Below are positions 1 through 11,250 of a stretch of 64,000 nucleotides of DNA, in pieces. A program made the position numbers and the translations under genes. The notes below the pieces were generated by a model that worked only from the letters and a program-made list of their open reading frames with translations, did no database searches and was not told the origin of the DNA. Source of the stretch: Bispira polyomma. Lineage: Eukaryota. The stretch spans positions 46,996,001 through 47,060,000 of the forward strand of contig OZ287758.1 of assembly GCA_965649765.1 (NCBI GenBank). Reading direction: 5' to 3'. Position 1 is the stretch's first letter, and the number at the start of each line of letters is the position of its first letter.

Positions 1-1133
1 CAAACATGTTAAAAGTGACATTACACCTAAAACCAAATTAAATTTTTTTGAGCAACTAATCAACAAATAGAAATATTAGAAACACAAATCAAAGTAGGGT
101 TAGAAATATTTAAATAGCAGTCAAAAAGGCTTTTACTGAGGTCTAAAATAATTTGTTATGAATGTATAGACAAACTGCTCACAGAATTTTGAGACTGTCA
201 TGTCATGAGGCCTGAATATCTAGCACATAAATACCCCCCCCCCCCCCCCCTTCCACTAGTGGAGCTTCATTCTATATTCAAAAACTAATTCATGGTGATA
301 CAGAACTTTAGAATCCACAATTGAATTGCTTCTTTATGAACAAGTAAATACTGTTGATACAAAAAACTTCAATAAATACTTCAGATCATTATTCCCCAAT
401 GATACACAGCCCTCTAATAACGTCAAGAACCTTAGGGCAGTATTCACAGTAACCTTCACATAAATCGGTATTCCCAAAGCAAGGAATCACTTGATATGAC
501 AATATTATATGTATTTTTGTATTCTACTTCTTCTCCTAAACATCTCCTGCTAGCCATGGGGAGATGACGGTAAAATTGCCAAGGAGTCTGGTGGTGTGTA
601 CTGCCATCACTGTGGCAAACTCCCTTCTAAGTGCAGTAATCAAAACCAAGGATCAAGATCAGATCAAAGTTGAGAAAAAAGTTTCAAGTAATCGGTATTG
701 ACAAAGCAAGGAATCACTTGATCTGAAAATATCAAATATTTCATCTGTTTTTGCATGATTATGCCAATGCTTATTGGCAGAATCATGCTATCCTGGAGGA
801 AGAGGGGGGTATAAGGGTAGAACCTTGGTTACACATGGAAACATCCTGTCAACAGGGTAATCTCTGAATCTGTTTGGAACTATGCTCTTTGAATTGGTAT
901 ATATACACTCTTTGGTCTCTATTTGGTCCAAAATTATTTTGGTGTGATTATATGCGGTACAGTAGAAGTTATTCAACTTTTAAATATTGGAATCCTCAGA
1001 TTTGATTGAAGGGTCCATTACCGCCTATTTGAAATGGTTTCAAAAGGAATATATAAATATGACAAACATTAGGTTTGGGAAGATATATGACATATATATA
1101 TATATACATACTTTGGTTGATGGGTGGTTGTGC

Positions 1134-1348
1134 CTGTAAGGAATATAAAATTTGCCACCATCTGAAATTCGCCACCAAGAAAATGTTGTGCTTTGTGTTG
1201 AATTTTGGTTAATATTTGCTTAAATTGATATTTTTATGACTAATTTGCCTTCCTTACCAGTTATTTTTCGCCAGTTTTTTTTAAATTTTGCCTAAATTTT
1301 AGGGGTGGCGAATTTTAGATACAGGAGCAAATTTTATTTTCCTTACTG
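1134..1348. mobile_element. Tc1/mariner-type MITE
   Basis: Inverted ends ctgtaaggaatataaaatttgc / gcaaattttattttccttactg followed by TA on the right. Inner inverted pair aaattcgccacc / ggtggcgaattt. Confidence 0.65.
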
Positions 1349-1931
1349 TATCAAGGTAAGAGAAAAAAAAATATGGTGAAACTAATATATTGCATACAGG
1401 TTAACTGGAGTACTTTACAGGATAAAAATTACGGAAGCTATATGTATCACAATATGAGTAAACCATATGGGGTCAGAAATGGATGGTTATTGGCAGAAAA
1501 TATATTTATTTTATTTGGTAACAGTTCTAATTAAACTAAGTGAACCACTATAGTGCCAAAAAAGTGTGTGGGGATACAAAATAGGTTACAGATTTTTGTA
1601 TCCGCTAGCAAAATAATGTATCCCCCGGAAACAAATAAATTTATTCTCTGATTATTTATATACATGTATTATATTTATAAGCTTATAACATATGAGCCCT
1701 TTTAGCTGAGTGCTATTATATTTACCTTTTGTGATTTAGATTATTAAAAGGTTCAAGTAAGTGTGACTAAAATTATTAATCTATGTATACCTTTTGTGAT
1801 TTGTAAAATGTTTGTGTGTAGAACAGTGACAGTTTAATAAAAAAAATCTGCAATTAGATTAAACATAGGTTTCAATTAGCAAGGGATTAATTTAAGTGAT
1901 AGATTTGTTTGTGTGTTATAGTGTCTTCTGA

Positions 1932-2112
1932 GGGGCCGCGGTGGCCTAGTGGTTAGCAAGCAGTGCGCTTCATAATCACTGGTCTCCCACCACTGGGATC
2001 AGCTGGCGTGGGTTCGACTCCCGTCGATACCTATGTGAGAAAGGTGGTAGTTTCTTACTGTGGGCCTACTAAAAGGTACTAGAGTGGACGTTAAACATCC
2101 AAATTCAAATTC
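1932..2112 (+). mobile_element. tRNA-derived SINE family A copy (internally deleted)
   Basis: A box tggcctagtgg, B box ggttcgactccc, 3' end agagtggacgttaaacatccaaattcaaatt. Decayed TSD tatagtgtcttctg (1917-1930) / tatagtgacttgtg (2113-2126). Lacks the central segment present in the other copies. Confidence 0.85.
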
Positions 2113-2384
2113 TATAGTGACTTGTGTACTGATGACTAGTACTTTCTGTTGTCTATAGGGATCCTAATATATGTGGTTTCCTAACTGTTGTATAATTGGA
2201 TTAAACATGAACTTTGAATAGTAAGGGATTCATTTAACTGTGGCTGTTTGTTTGAGGGTGCTATAGTGGCTTCTATGGTCATAGCTAATCCATCTTTTGT
2301 GAATGGGGATGTTGATGCTTGTGGTTTCCTAACTCGTCTATAATTCGATAAAACATTGGCTTAGATTAGTAACAGACCTATTAA

Positions 2385-3585
2385 TTGTTTCCACCGATCT
2401 GGTTTAGCGTTCGCTACACTGACGCCGCCGGTTCCACAGCCGCCCCCGCCGTAGATAGATTTTCGACGTTAACACTCTCAGCAGAAAACTAGACCAGCTC
2501 GCTTCATCAAGTTTGCAGGTTTTCGTCATTGGGAGGTAAGCTGGCCGCTATAGGCAGTTGTTTGAATTATCTACCTTTTTCCACTGGCTGGTTCTCGTAA
2601 CAAGAAGGTTGAATTTCTTCATAGGTGATATGTAAAACATATATATATGTCCACTACAAGCATTCAGACATATGACCTTGAAGCTCTTCATTCAAGGTCA
2701 TCCACGGAGTGGCAAAGTATCCCACTTAGCAGACTTTAAAAGTGCCTATATCTCCCCTTTTATTGGTCCTAGAGTTTTGCCTTGTGAAGCCTACCTATAA
2801 GAAATCATGGGCGTGGTATCTTGTGATGTAGTCAGGTTTGACCTTAGGCCCCTCCTTCAAGGTCAAACGATGGTAGCCAAACTTAAAAGTGCTTATAACT
2901 CGCTTAACATTGCTGCTACAGGTTTGGGATGTAGTCTTAGAGATATGGCATGTGAAGCCAACGTATAGGAAATCATGGGCTGGGAATCTTCTGATGTGGT
3001 CAGGTTTGACCTTAGGCCCCTCATTCAAGGTTAAACGGGGATAGCCAAACTTATAAGTGCTTGTAACTCGCTTATTATTGGTCCTTTTGGTTTGCAATCT
3101 GAAACCAACTTATAGGTAATCATGGGTTGGGAATTTTCTGATGTCGTCAGATTTGACCTTGGGCCGCTCCTTTTAGGTTAGATGAGGGTAGCTAAACTTA
3201 AAAGTGCTCATAACTCGCTTTTATTGGTTCAGCACTTTTGATATGTTATACCAACCTATAGAAAATCATGGGCTGGGAGTCGTCTGATGTGGTTAGGTTT
3301 GACCCTAAGCCCCTCCTTCAAGGTCAAATGAGGATAGCCAAACTTATAAGTGCTTGTAACTCACTTATTGTTATTAGTCCTATATTTTTGCAATGTCAAA
3401 TCAACTTATAGGTGATCATGGGCTGGGAATCTTCTGATGTGGTCAGATTTAACCTTGGGCCCCTCCTTCAAGGTCAGATGAGGGTAGCTAGAGCTTTGGT
3501 GCTAGCTAGGGTGCTTCAAACTTAGGGTGCTTTGTCTTTCTGGTGGATACAAATATGTATCAGTTCTCTGATGTGCTAGGTCTAG
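2385..3585 (+). mobile_element. Non-autonomous Helitron/Helentron-like element (HINE) with internal tandem array
   Basis: Subterminal inverted repeat ttgtttccaccga (2385-2397) vs tggtggatacaa (3541-3552). 3' hairpin atcag-ttct-ctgat and a CTAG end followed by T's. GC-rich gcc-like block near the 5' end. Internal repeats of about 147-168 bp. Confidence 0.75.
2730..3490. repeat. Tandem array, about 5 units of 146-168 bp
   Basis: Recurring atcatggg..tgatgt..tcag.tttgacctt.ggcccctccttcaaggtca..ccaaactta.aagtgct at about 2803, 2971, 3118, 3264 and 3415. Confidence 0.9.
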
Positions 3586-4766
3586 TTTTACTTATTTTAA
3601 GTTATACCAGCTTTTTTTTTAGGATAAACTACATTTTATTTTTTTTACTGTCACTGCTGATATGTATCACCGCCCACTACAGACGGACTCCATTTGACCA
3701 CTAACTAGTGGTTCACTATGTTCGCACTTATTTCGGATGTTTTGCGAGCTATAACAGCTGAAAATGAAAATATTAAAATTAGAAAATAAATTATGGCTTT
3801 GTCGTTTCGAGAGCTGTCAAAAAACCCGATAATTTTGTAAGTAAACAAACCAACTTTTGTGAGCTACCAAAATATATACAAAATCGTTTTTATCAGGTTT
3901 TAAAGCAAACTTATGTAAAAAATAAGTTATTAAAACATCTTTTAAGGCGATTTGGTTGTTTATACATATGTTTTAGATTTTACTTTGAATTTTGCCTTTA
4001 GTTTACCTAACTGGATACCCACAGTAGATGGTTCTCAAAATCCATTTTCACTACTGACTAGTGACTGGTTCACTATTTCCAGACTCGTCAGTTACTTGCT
4101 TTGTAGTGGCATTATCATGATATGGCCTCCAGGCCATTTTCCTCTTGTTGTATTCTTCTTCCCTCTTAACATATCCTGTCAGCCATATTTGATCCATGCT
4201 GATCCAAATTTAATCCACTAAGTTGACTATTAAAAGTTAATCCAATATTTGGAAAAAAAACCAGATCAAATGTTTGTGAATAACAAACTAAACTGATCCA
4301 TAAGAACAATCAGAAATCAATTGTCACTGCCATCCCTGTGGCTAATTCACTCTTAATAGATGCCTATCCCCGGGGTTGGGTGATGGCTCCAAGTTTTAGG
4401 ATGTAGCACTATTTCCGGCAGTAAGGCATTCTGGGATTAGAGTTTATACTTCCTGCAAAATGACGTACAAAATTTAGGTATATCTATGAAGTAAGAAATT
4501 TAACTCAAATAAACACTTTAGAATACAATAAACCTCACATAATTTAATAGAAAAGCTTATTTGTGGTTTCTGGTACTTCAGATTGTGAGTTTTAGCCCCT
4601 GGACAATATTTTGGTATGGCCCCGATTATTGGCCAGTGCTTTTAGATAGATATAACACCCGACCAACAATGTTGTACGCAGAACTTGTCCCCTCTTAATC
4701 ACGTTTCCAGTAGCAACTGATGGAACAGCAATGAGTATATGCAGAATTTAACCATGGTTTCAGAAT

Positions 4767-5004
4767 CGGCCTAGTGTTTAGCAAGCATTGCGCTTCACAA
4801 TCACTGGTCTCTCACCTCTGGGCAGCGTGAGTTCGAATCCCGTCTATGCCTATGTGGGAAAGGTGGTAGTTCCTTACTGTGGGCCGCTGGTTTCAGTGCA
4901 GAACCTTGATCAATTGTATGCAGTGTTCCTCCAGCGTTTCCAACTACTGCCCCAATATAACCTAAACAGGTACTAGAGTGGACGTTAAATATCCTAATTC
5001 AAAT
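4767..5004 (+). mobile_element. SINE family A copy
   Basis: Co-linear with the copies at 17737 and 30989. B box gagttcgaatccc and the same 3' end gtggacgttaaatatcc. Confidence 0.85.
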
Positions 5005-5537
5005 CCATTTCTTAACGGATTTTGATGCAAAACAAAAGGCATAATGATCACAATAAAATAATCTTTCTTAACTTATTTCCGCGATAGTTTTACCTTTAGT
5101 AATTTCTGAGCTATTTATTTTGGCAAATAAATTAGGGGGCTTGTTGTTTTTATGGGACGAGATGCTTGGCTTGCAAGTGTGGTCGGTATCCAGACGATTC
5201 TGCCTGTTACTCCTCAGGTGTTTCAACCTACAGGGGTGGACAGCTTAGCCAACGGGACAGCAGTAGCAAACAGTAAATTAACATATAAAATTTTATTCAG
5301 GTAAAAAGTCATCTAAACTGTTTTGGATGCAAAGTCTATATTACATCAACATTAGTGTTGTAAGTATTTTATATTTTACAGATGGCTTTTTAACTGGAGA
5401 AAATTTTATATTTTAATTTACAGAGAACTTTAAGTCACCATATCATGGATTGAAGTTGTACTTTTCTTCCATGTACGGCACCTAAAAAAAATATTCTTAA
5501 TTTTTGATAAATTTCGAGGACTTTCGTGAAGTTCTGT

Positions 5538-6121
5538 TAATTACTTCCTTTGAAGTTATATGTGTAGATAGTCATTTTAGTAGCGACTCGCTGGTAATTC
5601 GTAACTATGCCGGTTCAAATGCCACACATTTCGACCTACTATGCATGTCGACCCATTTTTTAATTGGACCTTAATTGGGCCTTTTTTATCGCTAATGTAG
5701 CGTTTACACTGTCCAAGTTCTAGTCACATGTATACCAGTTTACTCCCAATCATTAAAACTTGACTAATTAGGAGAGACTGGAGGAAAATGCTCATTGGCA
5801 TATCATTCACCAGATCGTGTCCAGGATATGCCCTGTTTAACCCCAGTTTTTGCTCTACAGATTACACCAAATTACACCAATACTGTCTAGATCACATATG
5901 TTCTGAGCAGTTTATGCCTCATTTAAGAATAGACCCTTTAATTGCTTCCTTCCAAGTTATATGTATAGATAGTCATTCTAGTCGTGACTCGCCGGTAATT
6001 CGTAACTATGCAGGTTCGAATGCCAGACATTTCGATCTACCAGACGTTTCGACCCATTTTTAACCAAACCGATTTTCAGAGATTTTGACCCTTTTTATCT
6101 CTAACGTAGCGTCCACACTGT
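5538..6121. repeat. Two diverged direct repeats of about 175 bp (about 5538-5712 and 5939-6121)
   Basis: Shared aagttatatgt.tagatagtcatt.tagt..gactcgc.ggtaattcgtaactatgc.ggttc.aatgcca.acatttcga...tcgacccattttt...tagcgt..acactgt. Confidence 0.85.
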
Positions 6122-7088
6122 ATTCTATATTGTATTCGACTGTCGGAAATAGACAACGGTCAATAACATAACGATACAACCAGCCATCAATTCGCATCCT
6201 AGTGACTGTAACTAGTGAATACCGGTCCATTTTTAATTTGGTGTCAATATAGCTAGAAATAAGTCAGAAATAGCCATTTTCTGTTTAGGGATCGCGAGCT
6301 TTGATTGAAAGGTCTGTTACCGACTGTTTCCGGTTTCTAGAACGACCTCATTTATTCCCACAAAAATGTTTCTAGAACCTTCTACTGATCGAGATCTCGT
6401 TTGATGTTTCCGAAAACAGCTTTGTCATTTTTCTGGGTTTGCACTAAAAATTCCACGAAAACCATATAAAAAAAAGCTACATACATTATTTAAGGAAATT
6501 GCTCCAAACCTTCTACTTCATAGATATATTAGCAATTGTTTGAAGTCCATTTTTGAAATATTTCTCAACATTTAGGTTTATTCACAGTTTCTAACAGATC
6601 TCGGCTCATTTATATGTCTAGATAGGGGCCTGTTTCGACATGAAAGTAGATATAAACGTACAATAAGGTAAGATATTTTAATTAAAATCGAATATTAAAC
6701 ATATATAAGGGTACTTGCTTCTATTTGGTGATTTTGTCTTCTTCATTTAACGAATAATAATAGATTTCTATTGAAAACAATATACAAATTAAAGTTAGTC
6801 TCTTTCAACAAAAACAGGCCCGAAACTGACGTCATACCTCAAACGAGTTAATCCCCAGACTCGTTTTGGCTGTGTATTAGCAAGGAAGAAAGCAGAAAAC
6901 ATATTGCCTATGGATGTATCGCCATATAATAATAAATAATACATAGTTTGTGCTTTTCGACAGTTCAGTTTCCACATTTTTCACAGAAACTAAAAATGCT
7001 AAATGAAAACACATATAAAAATGGCTACACATCTTTAAGGTTAAATATCTCAACCATTTCTCATCAGATTTTGATTCAACAAAAAAGA

Positions 7089-7463
7089 CAATAAGCCAAT
7101 TCAGCATTTCGAGTGCGCACGTATAAATAGCCGTGTATGTGCTTCAGTTTGGGATAAACAAACCACTGAAAGCTAACTAATACAGATCACATATTAACAT
7201 TTTTTTAAATTAAATGTTATAACGTACAATTATTGTAAAATTAAACTAATAATCGAGAAGCTCTCATCAAAACCTTTCTTTAGATACCAAGGTAACCTAT
7301 ATTCATGATTTATAGTAATTGTTTTAATTATCTCTAAAATTTAAAGTGGACATAAATTACCAAAATTTTGCGAGATTTCTAAATCCTCTGTCCTTATCAC
7401 TTGCATGTGCTTTTATTTATCCCGATGTGGACATGCGCATTCAAATGCTGAATAGGCTTATTG
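7089..7463. mobile_element. MITE with about 32-bp TIRs
   Basis: caataagccaattcagcatttcgagtgcgca at the left end vs tgcgcattcaaatgctgaataggcttattg at the right end. Confidence 0.7.
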
Positions 7464-7805
7464 CTGTAGTGCCATCATCATGATATGGCCGCTAGACCAT
7501 TGCCCTCTTGTTATATTTTCACTTACAGTGATCAATAATAGGAAGGTTAACCAGACTTGTGTCAGATACTGCTTGAAAGCAAACAATGTATGTGGTCCAC
7601 TGTTCCTCATCTTGTTCACATACGCTATTGATTCAAACATTTTAAGCATCTTTTAAGCATCTTTTAAGCATAACATCATAGACAGTGAGGCAATGAAATA
7701 GTCCTGCAACATAGCAGTGTTGACATGATATTGTCTACTAATGACGACCAATCTGACATTGTAGGGATTGTCTGATTGCCTTACTGTCAAGATACCTGGC
7801 ATCCA

Positions 7806-7943
7806 NNNNNNNNNNNNNNNNNNNNNNNNNNNNNNNNNNNNNNNNNNNNNNNNNNNNNNNNNNNNNNNNNNNNNNNNNNNNNNNNNNNNNNNNNNNNNNN
7901 NNNNNNNNNNNNNNNNNNNNNNNNNNNNNNNNNNNNNNNNNNN
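7806..7943. other. Assembly gap (N run)
   Basis: Run of N immediately upstream of the methyltransferase exon. Confidence 1.
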
Positions 7944-7971
7944 TATATAATATCTGATATCTAAATCATAG

Positions 7972-8179
7972 ATTTCACCCCAGACTCTAAGCTGCTGGAG
8001 TTTGGGTCTGGGCCGACTATTTATGCTGTTGTGAGTGCTAGTGACAAGTTTGAAGAGATTACACTGGCGGAGTATGCTGATGGTAACAGGGAGGCGCTGT
8101 CTAAATGGTTAGAGAGGAAAGAGGGAGCTCATGACTGGACCCCTACACTGGCTGTTGTGGGCAAACTGGAAGGGAAAAG
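7972..8179 (+). CDS. NNMT/PNMT/INMT(TEMT)-family methyltransferase, internal coding exon (208 bp)
   Basis: Acceptor atcatAG at 7970-7971 and donor AG|GTgaag at 8180. Translates as (D)FTPDSKLLEFGSGPTIYAVVSASDKFEEITLAEYADGNREALSKWLERKEGAHDWTPTLAVVGKLEGK, matching the family SAM-binding motif GSGPTIY and the W...DW motif. Not in the ORF track. Confidence 0.93.
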
Positions 8180-8205
8180 GTGAAGTATATCTTCAGTTTA
8201 AATTG

Positions 8206-8392
8206 CAGTAGGATCTCTATTATCCGCACATGTCTGGAGAGCAAGGCTTTGTTCAGATAATGCTGAAGGTTAATAAAATAGAAGAGCTATTTCTGTGTAG
8301 AAAACAATAGGACACATAAATGTGAGAGAGTAGAAAGCAGTTGTTAAAATTGAATATTCAGATAACAGAAGTTCGGATAGTAGAGGTTATGT
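8206..8392. mobile_element. Decayed pogo/Tigger-like MITE in the methyltransferase intron
   Basis: cagtaggatctctattatccg vs cggatagtagaggtt inverted ends, a CAGT-type terminus. Confidence 0.45.
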
Positions 8393-8489
8393 ACTTGAAT
8401 TTACTCTGAATTTTACTTACTTTCAACGTCTTTGGTCAAATTGTGATGGCCAGATTTATTGATAGGTTACATATTTAGTTAAACTTAAG

Positions 8490-8667
8490 TTGGGTTTTAG
8501 GTAACTTTCAATAGCTCAGGTTATATCACAATGGCCAAATTCAATGCTGAAAAAAACCAGTGCTAAATCACTGTGTGTACAAGCGAAGCTACAGTAAGTA
8601 CTTGAAAAGCATTCCCACATGAAGCAACGAACAGGATTCAAACCCCCATTGGTTAGAGGTCAGTTGT
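8490..8667 (-). mobile_element. SINE family B copy (degenerate, intronic)
   Basis: Similar to 60121-60326: ctttcaatagctcaggttatatcacaatggccaaattcaat ... agtacttga ... cccacatgaag..acgaacaggattcaaaccc. Confidence 0.6.
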
Positions 8668-9456
8668 CATGGATGTAGCAACGATTGGTATTTGTACTGA
8701 ATACCAACTAATGTGATGTACCGGATAGACTTTTCTACACAAAGTAAGTAGTGGGAATAGATTCTACTTTCCTAAGAGGTCAGAGGCCAGTGATGTTGAA
8801 GCAGACACGTTCAAGCACTAGGCCACCACAACCTTAGTCAATCTACGGGATGAGGTGTGCAGAAGTTGATGTATTGTGGGTTCACAAAGGAACTCCAGTA
8901 CTGGTTCTAGTGGCGAAGCTATATGGCAAAAGGTAAAGTGTATGCTAGAGATCAGGTTAAAATAAATGATATAGTTTGGAGAGGCATCAAGACTGGACTT
9001 CTGTAATAACTTTAGTGGGCACACAATGGTTCTTGTCTGATAGCAACCATTACTTTATTGTTCGACTATATCGTTGCTAAGCGAACAATTACCTTAGACG
9101 ATACATTGCAATCAGTTTAGCTATAGTTAACTATGCTTCAAGTAATACATATATTTTTATAAATGAATACTAGACTGTCCAGTTCGGGAATAGATCCCCA
9201 TCCCTATGCAGACTGAGGTGACACTTGTTGTTTCCAGACCATTCATGACTTTGCTGCTAGTAATTACTTTTCCTCTTATGTCATTCACAAATTGTAAGAT
9301 TACGATATTTTACGACATACTGTAGAACCTCCATTCCATAAACTGTATACATAAATACTTCTTCTATTTTATGAACTTTGTATTGTACATACAAAACAGT
9401 GCTCCCCCAACATGTTAGGATAATACAGGTATTTATGATAACTTTATGCCTTTTAG

Positions 9457-9871
9457 TCCCTGTCAGATAGAAGACCGGGTCAGGAGTGCCATTAAAAATG
9501 TCATCAGCTGTGACATCAATCAGAAGGACTTCCTTCCAGCTGGTCACATGGGGCCCTATAACTTCATCATTTCCAACCTCTGCTTGGATGCTGCCTGTAA
9601 AACTGTGGACGACTACAAAGTGGCGGTGAAGAAGCTGTCCAGCTGCCTCAAGCCAGGAGGTGGCTTCATCCTCAGCGGGATGGTAGGCTGTAGTTTTTAC
9701 CATGTAGGCAACCAAAAGTTCTTCAGCTTACCTATTTCGCAGGAGGATGTCGTTAATGCAGTCAAAGAAGCAGGTTTGCTCGTCCACTCCTGGAAGTCCA
9801 CACACCTGGATGTTTTGGAAGGGGCAAATGATCACTCCGGCTTCATAGTCGTTTATGCAAAAAAAGCCTAA
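9457..9871 (+). CDS. NNMT/PNMT/INMT-family methyltransferase, terminal coding exon
   Basis: Acceptor ttttAG at 9455-9456. AG|T joins in frame (Ser) to the upstream exon. Contains CDI, SNLCLDAAC, LKPGG and SFYHVG..FFSLP motifs typical of the family. Stop TAA at 9869-9871, AATAAA at 9972-9977. Confidence 0.93.
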
Positions 9872-10554
9872 TTAAAAGGACAATATGTTGTGAAAAAGAG
9901 TTTGGATTTTCTCGCAAACTGAGAAATTAGCTTATCTAGTGTTACAATACTTTGTTAAGGTTTAAAAGAAAAATAAAAGATCAACATGATATCTAACTAT
10001 GGGTGTCATAGTGTAACTAAAAAGAGTTTACTTTTCTCTTGTCTATTGTCCTGTTTATTGAGTGTTTATATTTATGTGAAGCTCTTTGTCCCACAATAAC
10101 CCAATTTTATTCTATTCTCTTTTGCTGGTACAATATATCCTGCTGCTCAGGGTGGAAGTTCAAAAGGCTGACGTTCCTTTACATAGTTTATTTCAAAATT
10201 GTAGTCCTAAGACGATGCCATGTGGTAAGGAAACTAGTGTAGTACCTTAGTGGCTATGGGTAAAGTCGTAGCTAGATTCTACATTCACTAATTACAGCTA
10301 AGATTAACCCTGCCCAATCCTTGGCATTTTCCCATATACACACTCACAGAGGTTATCTAACGTGTCCTGAATTCAAAATAAAAGATCGGCATAGTGGAAC
10401 AGCAGTATTAGATATTTATAAAACAATCCTCCCACAATGGCCTTTTAATTTTGTGATTTAATACATCGCTTGTCGTTTACTCTTTTCTCCTCACTGTACT
10501 ACTATATGGTCGGCATATTTGCAATACAAAGAAGCAATTCCTAGAAACCTTTCT

Positions 10555-10895
10555 GATCCTCTGTGGTCTAGTGGTTAGGATGTTGGTCTGATGATAAAAA
10601 AGGCCCCCGGTTAAATTCACGGAACCGGCCACTAGTTTTATTTGGTTGGATATCATTTTTGGACAAGAGGTGAACACACACATTTGCCTAGTGGCTCGTA
10701 TGACCATTTAAAATGGCAGTCTTCTGCCACTGAGTAATATCTCCAGTGGCAGATTAAAGATCCTTGGGGACGTTTATAAATGGTCATCCTCAAGCAAGCC
10801 TCGGCACCCATAGTGGCTGCCCATGAGGATGCACGTTTGAAACGGCCCTGTGTTGTATAAGTGCACTATAACAAATGACCTATTTTATTTTATTT
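10555..10895 (+). mobile_element. Third tRNA-headed SINE type with (tattt)n tail
   Basis: A-box-like tggtctagtggttagg, degenerate B box, and a 3' end aagtgcactataacaaatgacc followed by tattttattttattt. Confidence 0.55.
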
Positions 10896-11130
10896 GGTGC
10901 CATTTCACCTTATTATTTCACAAATACACACTGATAAGCATACTTGCAATCAAGGTTTAACTGAAAGCTGGGAAAATAAATTACTCGGTTCTAATGCTTG
11001 TTTACAATTTCATAGCAATCTCAATCACCATTTGTGTAGCAAATAGGTATAAAAAGAAATTATTTAAACCTATGTTTAAACTAGATTGTTGGTGGTAAGG
11101 GAAAACAGTATCGCACACATTCCCACTTTT

Positions 11131-11250
11131 GGGGACTGTGGTGGTCAGAGGTGCTAGCTTTACAATCGCTCGGCTCTCCCCAATGTGGGTTTGAATCCTC
11201 TTTGTTCCTTTATTTGGGAATAGAGTGCTTGAGCACTGGTTTCTCCCACC
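11131..11250 (+). mobile_element. SINE family B 5' part
   Basis: ggggactgtggtggtcagagg...caatgtgggtttgaatcc is the reverse complement of the family B heads at 31682 and 39770. Confidence 0.55.

Noticed and set aside
1932-2025. tRNA gene
   Set aside because: A and B boxes are present, but there is no cloverleaf and the sequence is the head of a multicopy SINE.
2795-3097. 100-aa ORF with an internal repeat
   Set aside because: A translation of the non-coding tandem array inside the Helitron-like element. Neighbouring units contain stops.
9281-9715. 144-aa minus-strand ORF
   Set aside because: It is the antisense shadow of the methyltransferase exon.
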